NCBI GenBank assembly: GCA_010093605.1
Contig: MU004195.1
Coordinates: forward strand, 1,689,566-1,734,399
Direction: 5' to 3'
Source of the DNA: Lophium mytilinum
Taxonomy: Eukaryota
DNA: 44,834 bases
The notes under the pieces are model-generated. The model was not told the DNA's origin. It was given only the letters and a program-made list of their open reading frames with translations, and did not search any database. Positions 10,485 through 22,576 of this stretch are shown here, piece by piece. The translations under genes and the position numbers were made by a program. Positions within the stretch are counted from its first letter, which is position 1. Each line of letters starts with the position of its first letter.

Positions 10485-11996
10485 TTAGTAGTTCGGCCCT
10501 TCCTTCAAGTCATTGATGTGTGGCTTTGACCTTACCTTGGTCGCCACTATGCGCGACCTCTCTGTCGCAGTTCGCAATGCTTTAGTCTCCTTTTCGCCAT
10601 CCTGGACCCTCCTTACACCGTCGGTATTCATCTTCTCCTCCGTGATCCTATCCAGGGGTTCTTGTCCTTGATTTGTTTTGTTCCATGAGAGTCCCGGCAC
10701 TGCTCTATATGCACTCCCTGATACGTTCATCTTGTCTTTTCGCTTCCTTGACGTTTGGTCATTCATCGTGATATACCCTTCCCTTCTTTCAACTGATCGT
10801 GCTCGGCGTTTCATCCATTCCCTCCATTCAGGCCTGTGCCACTCGGGAATCTCATCTTCAGTCAACTCTTCTCCATTGTTGATCAATGCCTTGATAGCCG
10901 TTATGATATTCTTTTCCGATTTTTCTTTTTTGCGCTTCATCAGTTGGATCCAAGCAGGCCGGTACCATGGGGGAATATCAGCTTCCGTCAACTCTTCTCC
11001 GTTCCTGATCCTTCCTTTGATTTCCGTTATGAAATTTTTTCGTTCCGGCTTTGCAGGTACCCCTTCGCCATGCATGTCCAGGATTTCTTGTCTCTCTCGC
11101 ATCTGCTCGATCTTCTTTGTGGAATTTTTGCGTAGCATAGTTGATAGCCCAAGAGCGTTATCGCCTGGACCCGAGCGAGCGAAAACCCAGGCCACCTCAT
11201 TATTCCCAATATACGGATTGATCCTGAAGTAGGTCCCCTTTGGCATTGCTTTCAGCATGATACTGGGCCAAAGATGGGGCCTGGTGCTCCAGAACCATTC
11301 AAATGCAGCATCCTTTCGGGCGCTGTTTTCTTGGGCGCTGTTGTATTTTTCGCTACGCTTCCCAAGCGCGTCTTTCGGGACGTGGACATGGAACTCAACG
11401 ATTCGATTTCGCTCGAGGAAGAGGGCGGCGGTGCGGAGGCGAAGATGGTAATACGAGACCGGTGCCGTGAACTGGAGGTGAATTTCCGCCAATGCGTGTC
11501 CCTGCGATTTGCTTCTCATCTTTGTTGTCGGCTTGGTAGGTTCAAGCTCGCGCACCTCGTATTGCAGCGACGTGATTCTAGGATCGAGCACCTTCGTGGA
11601 GGATGGCCAATGCGAGTCGATCCCTGTTGGCAGCAGGAACGAGCCCGGGGGAATCGTTTCATGGAGTTTGGTAACGGTGAGGGTGTCCGGAAGCTTCTCT
11701 AGCTCTGGGGTCTGCTCCCCGCCTGTCTCCCCGGCCGTTTGTCGTTTGCGCTTGTCGAATAGAAGAACAGCCCTGTCTTCGGACAGCGGAGGCGGTTGGA
11801 AAAGTTTGTATGCTTTGATTATGTGCCCGCCAAGTGTTGTTTTTGCCTCGGAGAGCTTGTACAGGCTCAGGGTGCGGACATGACCACGATGCAGGGAGTA
11901 GAGCCATTGCGTGGCGAGGAGTGGTCGAGGGAGTGGTCGAGTGTGCCATGTTGAAAAGATGGACTCTCGAAGAGGGAGACTGTGAGTGGCGCGCAT
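10485..11996 (-). CDS. Hypothetical protein, probably mitochondrial; segment weakly resembling the IF-3 C-terminal domain; internal 42-aa duplication
   Basis: 503-aa intronless ORF. The N-terminus is Arg/Ser/Leu-rich and acid-poor (presequence-like). EIHLQFTAPVSYYHLRLRTAALFLERNRIVEFHV loosely fits the IF3-C pattern. Confidence 0.65.
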   Translation of the reverse strand: MRATHSLPLRESIFSTWHTRPLPRPLLATQWLYSLHRGHVRTLSLYKLSEAKTTLGGHIIKAYKLFQPPPLSEDRAVLLFDKRKRQTAGETGGEQTPELEKLPDTLTVTKLHETIPPGSFLLPTGIDSHWPSSTKVLDPRITSLQYEVRELEPTKPTTKMRSKSQGHALAEIHLQFTAPVSYYHLRLRTAALFLERNRIVEFHVHVPKDALGKRSEKYNSAQENSARKDAAFEWFWSTRPHLWPSIMLKAMPKGTYFRINPYIGNNEVAWVFARSGPGDNALGLSTMLRKNSTKKIEQMRERQEILDMHGEGVPAKPERKNFITEIKGRIRNGEELTEADIPPWYRPAWIQLMKRKKEKSEKNIITAIKALINNGEELTEDEIPEWHRPEWREWMKRRARSVERREGYITMNDQTSRKRKDKMNVSGSAYRAVPGLSWNKTNQGQEPLDRITEEKMNTDGVRRVQDGEKETKALRTATERSRIVATKVRSKPHINDLKEGPNY

Positions 11997-13257
11997 CCAG
12001 AGAGTGGCGCATCAAGGCTGTTGCTGGCGACGAAAGTGACGATGCAGAAAGACGCCATGTTCAAGATTTACGATGGCGATGCGTACTAAATTGGTATATT
12101 ACGAGCTATTGTGCTTAATCAGCAGCCCGTACCTCAACAACCTCACGCGTTCCCATGATATTACAACTGCGTCCATAATAGCTATTTATTCATCTTACAG
12201 CATTAAGCTAATAACCCCTTATAAGCAAAAAGCCGGTCATTGCGTCGTGTTGCATCCATGGTTACCCTGAAAGCTGCCAACAGAACAGCCGTTACCCGCT
12301 CCGCAAGATCAAGAATTTGAGTATGCTTGAAACAGGATGCCAAGCATATCCAGGGCGGTTACATACTAGCAAAAGATCATGTTCGTCAAAGAGAACCTAA
12401 GGTATATGATCTGTCGCCTGCTACGAACCCGCCCATTCGGTAGTTGTCCTCGTTTTTTACCGCGCTCCCCAGTTTGTGGACTTCATTCCAACATGATCTG
12501 CCCTAGAAGGCTTCTTTACCAAATCGGAACTCTTTTGCCATTAGTTCTCTCATGAAGAGTTGTACTTTTCCTTGAACACTCTCTCCGCCTCTGGTTTCTC
12601 GAGCGTTGTACTCTGCTATCGCATTTTCTAGATGCCCCTTGATGGGCGGCCCTGAATTATTGCTCGCCATCCAGCTGCCAGTATGAATCATCCAAGCTGT
12701 GTTTTTCGCAATTAAACTTACCTAAATCTCAGACGATGTTCCAATAGTCTTAGTGGTGATCGTCTTAAGGGTGAGGCCCCAGTCCTCGGCAACTTGAAGC
12801 CGTCGAAAGAATCCGTCTCTCACGTAGCCTGCGAATACAACTGTGCTCCATAATAGCGAATGCTCTTCGATGCAGCATGACTACGTCCTCGTCGCCTGCA
12901 TCGGTGACACAATTGTGCGGCTCCTTCAGAGCATGCTCATTGCAAGCCAGATGAAATGCAGTTCGACGGCTGGTAAAGCAATAGACACTCTCAAACATTT
13001 GGTCGCAATATCTTGTGTCAGTCTTCGTCGGGTACAAAAGCCTCTTATATTGACTGTTTCACTAACAAGTAACGAGCTAGACATGCGCGTACTATCGTAG
13101 AAGAGCATTCATTGCGGCGAATTGCATTCACTATAGTTAACTTGAAGATAAGCACAACAAAATCTGCGAGTCGCTCAGGTATTTAAAGCGCCACTCACGC
13201 TGACGGCAGAAACACTTTGACAACACACACAACTCAACAGCCACACACACCACCGCT

Positions 13258-15201
13258 ATGTCGGAATCGACACTCCTTCCCGCAGCAACGAGCGCCACCA
13301 TTGTATCAACTGCAGATTCATGGCCATTTTGCAAGCGCTGCCGTTTCCACCGCCCGAATTCCGACTTCTCGCGAGATGGGGAAATTTTCTTGATGTGCAA
13401 CCCTTGCTGGAATCGGCTGTACAAAGATAAGCCCCAAGCACCTGAGTCAGGATGGAGACGTAAACAAGGAGGTCAACCTCAACCAGTGGAGCCTAAGCCA
13501 GGTCATGGTGATACAGCCACTGGCGTTCCAGCTCGATTGCCCGGAGAACTTCCCTCCATGGCCAATGCCGCCGATTCTCTCGCGCGCCTGTCTTTGACTC
13601 CGCCGGGAGACATACCACGGCCTGATGTGCCTCCCCCTTCCAGCCATGCGGAGACACCTGGAAAACCCCCCAAAACACTGCAGCCTCGACGAGCGCGACC
13701 GTATCGAATCCGAATCAAGGATTGCAGCCAGTGTGCTGAACGTAAGCCTCGAGGTAAATTCAGACGTAACGGGCTCGATCACCCAGAATGCAACCAATGT
13801 GCGAACCAAGGCATTAAGCATTGTAAGGAGCCTCGTCAGCGGCATCAGGATAAGAAGCCAAAACTCAAGGAGAGCGGAAAAGATACGCAGATGGGAATGG
13901 CAAAGAACAGCCATCGAGGAACAATTAAAACACAGGAGAGCGATCTTCATGAGGAGAAGATTCTCGCTGAGGGTGGCCATCTTGCCCCAGTCGCATCGCA
14001 GACGCCAATCAAAAGCACCCCTGCGCGTCAACCTCCGAGTGCGCTACAAGACTCAGCAAGATTACAAGCCCAGGCAAGACGACGTGAGAGGGTCAAGATA
14101 CGCAAACAGCAGCGGGAAGCGGAGCCGGAGAAGCTCTACAATTGCACATACTGTCTAGAGATGCGACCTCGCATCGAGTTCACTCGTCAAGACAAGGGAC
14201 AAGAACATTGGATGGTGGGCTCGTGTAACGAATGCCATCAGCGCCGTATGAGGGGCCAGATTGTGGTTATTCCTTCTCGATCGCCAACTCCAGCGCTGCA
14301 GCCAATTTCTGCCGGCCCTACTGCTACTTTTGCAGAAACTGCTAGACAGCCTGTAGCTTCTATTACAGTTCGCCCCTTCGCGGAACCTCCTCGATATCTA
14401 CCACATCCCCGCTACCCCAAACAATTGCTTCTACCTACGGAGGGACTAGGGTCACCGCTGAAGCCAGATATAGCATCTCAGCAGGCTCATCGCTACGTCG
14501 CTCGGCTAAATACAGCGGTTCTTCCAATTGATTACTCGGGGGTGTTTGAACCCCAACGAAATATTAAAACCCGACGAGCTTCCATCCAAGTGAACGCTCT
14601 CAACACTGCCGCTAAAATTTCGAAGACTCAGGGGCAACCAGTTGCGCGTCGCCCGACTCTGCCATCCAATATATTACAATCTTCGGGTCAAAATCTGCAG
14701 CAGCCACGAATATTACGGCAGCAGCCAGTCCTCCATCGACCGGGAGCGTCGCTAGAGACAGTCGGATCATTCCAACAATCACAAAACCCACCATCCGTCC
14801 AACGTCATCAAATGATTCCTCCGCAGCAACGCGCCCCGCAACGGCCAGTCATGCAACAACGAAGCGGTCAAGTACCCTTTGCCGGCATCCACCCTAGGGT
14901 GAGGATTAAGCTTTTGAGAACGGAGCTGATGCGTCTGTGGCGCAAATCGGAAGATGGCCGCGTTGCACTGGTGTACCCATCATGGTGGAACGAGGAGGAG
15001 TGGGCGCCAGACTATGATGAACTGGAAGGTGCCCCATGGCACGCTCGAACATACACCTTGGAAGCGTGGGAGGAGATGTTAAAGCCAAAAATTGATCGGC
15101 TGGAGGATCTCATTCAGGACGTGAGATACGGACGCTATGGTGACTTGCCTGGCGAGGTTATGGGGAAAACCCCTCCATATTTCAGGTGGGTGAGGCAATA
15201 G
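13258..15201 (+). CDS. Hypothetical protein with three dispersed C4 zinc-finger-like motifs and Q/P-rich disordered regions
   Basis: 647-aa intronless ORF containing CKRC..RP...F...CNPC, CSQC..KP...F...CNQC and CTYC..RP...F...CNEC. Confidence 0.75.
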   Translation: MSESTLLPAATSATIVSTADSWPFCKRCRFHRPNSDFSRDGEIFLMCNPCWNRLYKDKPQAPESGWRRKQGGQPQPVEPKPGHGDTATGVPARLPGELPSMANAADSLARLSLTPPGDIPRPDVPPPSSHAETPGKPPKTLQPRRARPYRIRIKDCSQCAERKPRGKFRRNGLDHPECNQCANQGIKHCKEPRQRHQDKKPKLKESGKDTQMGMAKNSHRGTIKTQESDLHEEKILAEGGHLAPVASQTPIKSTPARQPPSALQDSARLQAQARRRERVKIRKQQREAEPEKLYNCTYCLEMRPRIEFTRQDKGQEHWMVGSCNECHQRRMRGQIVVIPSRSPTPALQPISAGPTATFAETARQPVASITVRPFAEPPRYLPHPRYPKQLLLPTEGLGSPLKPDIASQQAHRYVARLNTAVLPIDYSGVFEPQRNIKTRRASIQVNALNTAAKISKTQGQPVARRPTLPSNILQSSGQNLQQPRILRQQPVLHRPGASLETVGSFQQSQNPPSVQRHQMIPPQQRAPQRPVMQQRSGQVPFAGIHPRVRIKLLRTELMRLWRKSEDGRVALVYPSWWNEEEWAPDYDELEGAPWHARTYTLEAWEEMLKPKIDRLEDLIQDVRYGRYGDLPGEVMGKTPPYFRWVRQ

Positions 15202-16287
15202 TCAACGATCGCGAACCTCATAGAGTCATAATGGACTTCCTTGACTCTTGGAGGAAGAAGGGGGGCTTCTCCAGACGTATCTTTTAGTATCAAAAGGATG
15301 CATAAGGTGTGTCAGGCAATGTGAAGTTGGTATTCAATAGTTTGCTAAAGATATCAAACTGTGATCATGACCTATCTTTTACCTCCCTGCTTTCCACAGT
15401 CCGGAATCCTGAGGCACTTTATGAGTCTAAGCGCAATTTGATAAACGCTGAACTCCGAAAGTTCTACGCACTTGAACAAGGTACTCTTACGACACAGTCT
15501 AGCAAGCACAAGTGCCAGCTTTTTGAACGTGAGGACTGTTTCTCTGCCCGTTGAACTGTTGTATGATTTTAGTCTTGAAAATGCCCCGTGAACGTTGTTC
15601 TTAGCCTCGTAAGATGTACATCCCTGCTGTGTTTAGCTGTATTACAACTTATCCGACGATGAGTGAGAGCCCACCGCTTGCTTATGACCTCGACCAATCC
15701 CCCGGGGCTCATGACTCGTCACTCCGTTCCAGCCCTTCAACTAACCTCAAAAATATTAGGGGCATTGGAAGGACTACACTATTGATTCTCGCCGACGACA
15801 GATGCTGGCTATATTGAGCGAGTAAAGTATAGCATCGGTTACTGTTAAGTAACAAGTCTAAAATGAGCATATTGGCGGTGGGTTCCAGATTTGCCGGCTC
15901 TTAGTGGTCATGTTTGTGGATGAGCTCAGGCTAGCATATGAAGACGTAGTAAACCTTATTAGGCAACTCACATATTCGTGCCCAGGCAAAAGGTAAGGGC
16001 CGTCACAATTTACGACTCGTGGTCGGATCACGTGACGTATCAACATCTAAGAACCCTCAGGAGTCGGCAAATACCAAACAAGAAATAAATCGCCTGAAGC
16101 CACCCATAAGTGTTACTTGGACAAATTCAACTCTTCGTGGTCGTCCTGGTATTAGCGGTGTTTCAGGATAGTATTGAAAGCTTTGATCAAACGTGTAACT
16201 TCAAATTTCGCCGTCCATAATCCTTAGATAATATCACCAGCATACACTACCCCCCGATCTTCGATTCTTGGCTTCGGAAATTCTTGA

Positions 16288-17421
16288 TCAATTCTGAGGT
16301 GAAAGGTACGGCTTAATCTGCTCCTCCGTCCAATCCCAGAACTTCGCAGCGTTTCCATTTCCACCCTCCGCTTCAGTCTTGGTTGCAGCAACTAGGTCCT
16401 TTCGAATAGGTGAGATGCGGCCCCAAGGTACGACTAGAATAAGTCAGCAAGTCGTAGATCATACATATACTGTCATGGAATATCGCAGTAGCCACTCACC
16501 GTAGCATCCACTATTTTCCAAGGTAATGTCTGGCGATACCCCAGCATACAACTCCGTCCATGCACCATTCTTCGGTGGGTATGTTACTAGCCCCACGAAA
16601 AACTTGAATACACGTCCTAGGTGCTTTCCCAAGTCTGATGATAGGTTTCCAGGGTTTAGTGGAACACTCACGACCCCGTCGGCGCGATATCTCTTCGCGC
16701 ACTCGACGCCCTGGAGCCAATTCCCCGTTTTACTCAACGCATATTTGACCTGACCTTCCGTTGGGATGTGATAGTCCAAATTGTCCAGGCTCAGTCCGAT
16801 CGATTTCAGGCCGATTAGTTCGGTCCCCTGAGACGACACCCAAACCACACGGACGGTTCCTGGGGTCTCGGTCTTCGCGGTCGCAACGAGAATTGGAGTG
16901 AGAAGTTTTGTGAAGAGGAAGGGAGCAACACAGTTGACGCCAATGTGGATTTCGTAGCCTTGAGCGGTTTTGGGTGCGTCGGGCTGAGGGTTCATCACGC
17001 CCGCGTTGTTGAAGAGGACATGAAGCTTCGTTTCAGCGGCTAGGAACTTGTCGGCGGAAGCTTTGATCGTGGTTAAGTCATTCAAGTCTAGGTGCAGAAA
17101 GACTAGTGAGCCTTCGGAATTTGGTGCAGCTTGCTTTATGTCTCTGATAGCGGCCTCCGCTTTCTCTTGGGATCGAGCTGCTATATAGACTTTGGCGTTC
17201 TTAGAATATAGCATTTGAGCGAGCTGTTTGCCCACTCCTGTGTTTGAGCCCGTGACAATATAGACCTATGAAGTGTACGAGTTAGTTCCCGATTTCACGT
17301 TGCGATTTCGATCCCAGAAGGTAGGTAGGCTCACATTTCCTTCGAGACTAGGGACGTCATTGTCCGTGAACTTTGGCTTCGGCGGGAAGAACTGTGAAAT
17401 CTGGCTAGACGTGGCGCCCAT
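16288..17421 (-). CDS. Short-chain dehydrogenase/reductase (retinol-DH/WWOX-like classical SDR), 3 exons
   Basis: Spliced product MGATSSQISQFFPPKPKFT..|VYIVTGSNTGVG..NNAG..YALSK..NPGNL..|VVPWGR..KFWDWTEEQIKPYLSPQN*. Has the TGxxxGxG, NNAG and YxxxK motifs and two canonical introns. Confidence 0.93.
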
Positions 17422-17590
17422 CTTGCTGTTAAAACTGGATTGCAAGGCGAACTTAGACGATTTCTTAGAACGTGTGAAGAAAAGATATTCCGACTAGAAG
17501 AGAAGTAACTTATAGATAAAATAGCAAGTAGATTGCGATTCAGAGAAGATTACGACGAGCAATCTGACATTGATGTGCAGCTAACGTAGG

Positions 17591-17636
17591 CGAGTGAACC
17601 AATCACACCAACGATGAGCCGAGTGGACCAATCACA
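17591..17636. promoter_or_regulatory. Duplicated 17-bp motif containing CCAAT boxes upstream of the SDR gene
   Basis: CGAGTGAACCAATCACA (17591) and CGAGTGGACCAATCACA (17620), about 170-215 bp upstream of the SDR ATG. Confidence 0.45.
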
Positions 17637-19597
17637 AGATTACAGGCCCCGAAATCCTCTCAGCAGGGCTGTGTGCTACCCAAAATCGAAAATAGAAAGC
17701 TTCTACAAGTTTGTAGTCTGATTTCGAACTGGTGACTTCAGGTTTAGCCTAGCAGCGTTTGGTGTGGTGTAGGAATGCAAGGGTTCAAGGTCTGCTTTTT
17801 TAAGACTCGTTGATTAGGTTAGCACGCATGGTGTATACGTCCGTAGCCACCCGGAGTTGCACCATTTCGTCCGGGTAAGCCGAGCGGAGAGCGGTTCAGT
17901 GTGGTGTTTCATGACACACAAAGCCGGTTGGAGATACGGAAGCAGCACAGGGCCGGATGAAATTCGCCCCCAAGCTTGGACGCGCTGTCGTAAAGCGTAT
18001 TGCGAGTGCATCCTTGGAACGGTCTGAACTGACGAATGAGGACGGGAGACGGGGTGATCATATACCTTGTAGCCTAGTAATAAGTAAGTAATTGCACTAT
18101 TCCATTACCCTTGTATATCTACAATGGACGTGCACTTGCTGACCGTCATGTGCTCGAAACGCCATGATGCATCAAGACGGCAACTCAAATCATATCGATC
18201 TGTACGAGTGCAGCGACTTTGGCACAGTACTACCAATGCGCGATGCTTTAGAAGCCGCGACGCACAGACAAGTGCCTTCACCATAATCATGATAGTAAGA
18301 ATCTAAAGCAAATAAGGGGCGGATCAGAGGAACTTGGCATCGAAGAATTCTATCTTTCGTGTTGCGGCCGTCATGGAAGCGCCAGTTTGTGTAGATTGAT
18401 ACGTAGAGAAGAGGTGGGCCTCGTATTTGCTATGATCATTCCAGCATCGAACGAGCCATAGAGACCATCTTAGACACGCATGGCCTCAGTGTAGAAACAA
18501 ACACCAGTGTTATCGAGACTAATCATACGCAATCCACTGCTGGAGGACGTCGAAGTCACGTGCGTGCTGATCGGCAAAAGCGCTAAGTCAAGCTTCATGC
18601 TCGTCTTATTAGCCCCCACTTCATCTCCACCCTCTCAGTGTCTCTCCACCTTCTGTTTCGCACTATGCTGCGCCGACTATGCACTTGTTCTCGACTCCAA
18701 ATCGCAAGATAGAGGCATGCAGCCAGTTTTACAGACCGCTTCTGATCTCATGAACTGGGAATGCCTTTGGCTTCATCACGACGACGTCCGCGAACGATGG
18801 CGGGCATACGGCTCTGACTTTGCATTCAAATGCCGATTGCCGATCGAAAAAGTGCCTATGTGGCAACGCTGAGACATTGCAAGGCTCAGGCACTTCTGCG
18901 TAGCATTACATCGCAATCGACCCGCCGAAGCGCGCAACATCCACCCCTGCCAGCGGGTGTTTCGTGGTCTTCAGATACGTATTAGTCCCGCCTCAAAGCT
19001 CACCTCTGGACTGAAATACCATGACATTAAAGCACCTTGTTGTTTGAAGGTCACTGTCACCTCTTTAAGCGCATCAGTATTCCGAGTGGAACATAAATCG
19101 AAGACTGTGAACCGAGGGCTCTGGATATGCTATTTGGCTTCCCGTAATGCGGACGAATTTCCGACCAGGTCAAAGCAATCTATACAGATAGTGTCCTTCC
19201 GAATATTCACAACGCTCTCCGGTCATCGGCCGCTTCCATCGCCGTCGTTTGGATGAAAGATTTGGCCGGTCTCCCGCGAAAATCGGAACACAAGTCCAAA
19301 AAAGATCGCGATAATTCGAAGCAAACTTGGTTTTGCACTCTCTTATTTGATACACCTCATTCCAATGGGAGCATGTATCGCACTCGCGGCCCTGAATCTG
19401 GGGTAAATTGTCCTCGCTTTGCGCCAGATTTTGTGCCAGAACACTCGATGGGCTTCCACCTTTTTCGTATTTTCAACTCCATGCTCCAACGAATCCCTTA
19501 TTGGCCTCTTGAAAGAGTATTTCCCAAGAGTGTACCCTTCACATAAAAAAAGCGAACATTTCTAGAGTTATAAAACATCTGATACAAACCGTTCTAT

Positions 19598-20854
19598 CTA
19601 GACATACATGTAGCAGTAATCGTTCCCAACCGTCAGCATGGCATGCGCAATTGGCAAATCCCCTCCTGCTGGGGCGCCCATCTTCATGACACTCTCCAGC
19701 GTCGCATTCTCACTCGGCGGCACATTTGCCACAGTCATGGTCCCATCCACCGCACCCCTTCGCCCTCCGATGTCCTGCCCCTGCCAAATCGTCCACAGTC
19801 GATCAATCTGCGCATGATGCAGGAAGAACAGTGGCTCGTTCGGCGAGCTGTACGTGTCTCCACCATCGCCGCCGAGGAAGTTGTGTCCACTGATATGCAC
19901 GCCTGTGGGATGCTCTAGCTGTGGCCGGAAGTCTGCGATCGATCTCGTTTGCAACAGCGACGCAATGGCTTCGTAAGTCATGTTCCCTGTAGCAGAAGGT
20001 TGGTGAAAGTCGCGTTTTAGACACCGGGGGTTGTACTGGGTTCCAAACTCGTTGTTTGGGATGTCGTTGTACGATGGGGAGACGGGACCGAGATGGAGGG
20101 TCATGCCCGCAAACGGGCCGTCTTTAACGCAACCGCCTCCTGTGCCGGTCACGCGGGGAACGGTGACGCCTGGGGGCGGGAGCCCGATCAAGGGCGAGGT
20201 TGCGTTTAGGTGATGCGGGATATTTTCGCCGTTTGACCCAAAAGTGGCGGGCCCAGGACCGAAGACGGGACTGGAAGTCAGATTTTTGGAGTGCCGCGCC
20301 CAGTCCCAGTAGGGTAGATATCCAGTGTATCCGCATTCGTTTCGCAGAGCATGCTCCCAGGACCATATGAATTGCCGATGCCAGGGGAGCAACAAGCCAG
20401 AGAGGTGGATTAAGTTAGTGACATTGATGTGGGCGTAGACGAAGTCGTCAAGGCGGTTGCGGGCGCCAGGGGCTAAGGAAGAAGGCGTGAGAGAAGGGAG
20501 CGTAGTCATGCATTTGACGGCGGAGATGTAGGCGAGACGCTCTGGTGTCGAGAGGTCATCCCACGGCCGGCGGACCGCAATATTCGAGGATGTGCAGGTA
20601 GAGTAGGGGTTGTGATGGAGAAAGGACTGCGTGTTTGACTCGTAAGTCTTTTGGAAGTCAGAGACGGTCGACTCGGCGTGTGAGGGGGTCCCTTTCAATG
20701 AGGACTGGACGTCGAGTTTGGATGTAGTAAAGAGCTTCTGAAAGGCAGACACGAGGAATGAGGGCTGTGAAGGTTCGCAGTTCGGAGCAGGTGCTGCGGT
20801 TGAAGATTCAAGAACACAAAAGAGCGCCCAAATTAGGCTATGACGAAGAAACAT
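19598..20854 (-). CDS. Secreted tyrosinase / type-3 di-copper oxidase
   Basis: Signal peptide; CuA AHINVTNLIHLSGLLLPWHR; LPYWDW; CuB HISGH...SPNEPLFFLHHAQIDRLW; C-terminal YCYMY motif. Intronless. Confidence 0.94.
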   Translation of the reverse strand: MFLRHSLIWALFCVLESSTAAPAPNCEPSQPSFLVSAFQKLFTTSKLDVQSSLKGTPSHAESTVSDFQKTYESNTQSFLHHNPYSTCTSSNIAVRRPWDDLSTPERLAYISAVKCMTTLPSLTPSSLAPGARNRLDDFVYAHINVTNLIHLSGLLLPWHRQFIWSWEHALRNECGYTGYLPYWDWARHSKNLTSSPVFGPGPATFGSNGENIPHHLNATSPLIGLPPPGVTVPRVTGTGGGCVKDGPFAGMTLHLGPVSPSYNDIPNNEFGTQYNPRCLKRDFHQPSATGNMTYEAIASLLQTRSIADFRPQLEHPTGVHISGHNFLGGDGGDTYSSPNEPLFFLHHAQIDRLWTIWQGQDIGGRRGAVDGTMTVANVPPSENATLESVMKMGAPAGGDLPIAHAMLTVGNDYCYMYV

Positions 20855-22087
20855 CTTGGGGCCACGTATAGTAAGCTTCGCAAGTGCGTAACTGGAATAC
20901 AGACGCTGGTTCCCGGGCTAGAATCTGGAAGGAAAACGTTCGAAACATCAGTCCGCGACAACGAGAGCCCGGCAGCTTATATAAATTGAAGCATCTACGT
21001 CCATTACTTTTATCTGAAGATGCGGACTTCTCGATGGAGTCACAAAGTGTAACAGTATACCAAAGGAGTAAAAGCCGGATTACTCCTACAGATAGGCACG
21101 AATGTGGTAGGGTAAGAGCGTAGTAGATCGTCGCTTCAAGCTCTCCTATTGGTCCATCGGTGCCCGAGATAGTGGATACCCCGGGCATGGTTGGGTTTAC
21201 TCGATTCGCTCAAATTTCAAATTGCTACTGTAAATGATTTACTACTGGGTACTATACTTAGCCTGTGGAATGCGAAGCTGATGTTGTGTATATGTCTCTA
21301 AGCGTATGACGTGCGAGTTGACTTAGAAGAACGGAGGCCGAAGCGGAAAGTATGTAACCTGGGTAGATCTGGAGGAACAACGCAGTCTCATATGGCTCAA
21401 TAGAGTTCAAATAAGATGAAAACGATGGGGTACCTAGATTATAACTATGTTTAGCTGGGTCCATGATCCGAAAGCCCTCCGGCGTTGTCATTGTCACGTG
21501 AGTACCTAAGCCGTGCGTGTGTCTCTGGCACTGCAATCTTGACTATAATGCTTTTAAAAGTATAGAAGATAGATATATCAGTGTACCAGTGCATTCTGTG
21601 CAACGAGCACAGATGGGACCAACCAGACTCGGCATGATGGGTAATCACGTGATAATGAGTACTGTGGCGCTTTACGTGAGACGCCACCTGGGCACCCTGG
21701 CACGCGTTCCAACATTCACAGACCTACCCAGATCCTCTGGGACCTCTATTACCGCACGTCCAACTACGGGCACTCTTGGTGCTACAATTTGGAATGAACC
21801 TCCTGGATTGATTGATGGCTGAAAGCTGGGACCACTGCCCCTAGCTTCCCCCCCTTTCACGTTGCCAACGACGACGCTCTCGGCGTCGATGTGGTCTTTC
21901 CAAGCTCTAATCATTTCCGACGGGGCAAACTCAGTGAAGCTGCTGCCAGATTTCTAGACTGGCGGGAGGTTACAGCCACCTTCTAATCCGCTCGCTCCTT
22001 TCCCGCACCATCTTTCTCATCACAGACACCACCACGAAAACTACCTCTTTCGCTCTCGAGACACTCGCCAACCATACACTCGCCTAC

Positions 22088-22576
22088 ATGGACGCAAACA
22101 AACCATACCTAGACGGCTGCCCACTCACAATAGCTCGACCTGAAACTGACATGCAGCGCGTAGCTCGAATGGCAGGGGAGTCGCGTCGAAGCAAACGTCA
22201 AGCACGCCAGCCTGCGATGTACAGATCCGGATCACCAAGCCCGAGTTATTGCAAATCGCGCGCTCAGAGTTTTGACCTGGAGCGTCTACGCGTCAAGGAG
22301 GCTTATAAGGCCCGTCAACATGAAAAAGCAAAGGATCCCGAGCATAGGAAGAATCAATCCGCGAAGAAGATTTACCGGAGCAAAGCAAGGAAGAGCAAAA
22401 GAACCACATGCGCTGCTTTCATCGATAGTTGCAGTCCAAATTCCATCCGGCTCAATCATCTAGGACCAACTCCCGATTGTGGACTTGTTCTGTTTCTAAG
22501 CGCTTTCATCAAAGTCCACGGACATGATATTGAATGCGGATCTGAAAACACTTTACATATGATAAGCGACTTTTAG
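22088..22576 (+). other. Lys/Arg-rich 162-aa ORF of unknown status (orphan gene or remnant)
   Basis: ATG-initiated ORF after a pyrimidine-rich leader, with no recognisable domain. Confidence 0.25.

Noticed and set aside
17650..19550. Short ORFs between the SDR and the tyrosinase
   Set aside because: No recognisable motifs and no consistent splice model. Treated as intergenic or unidentifiable remnants.
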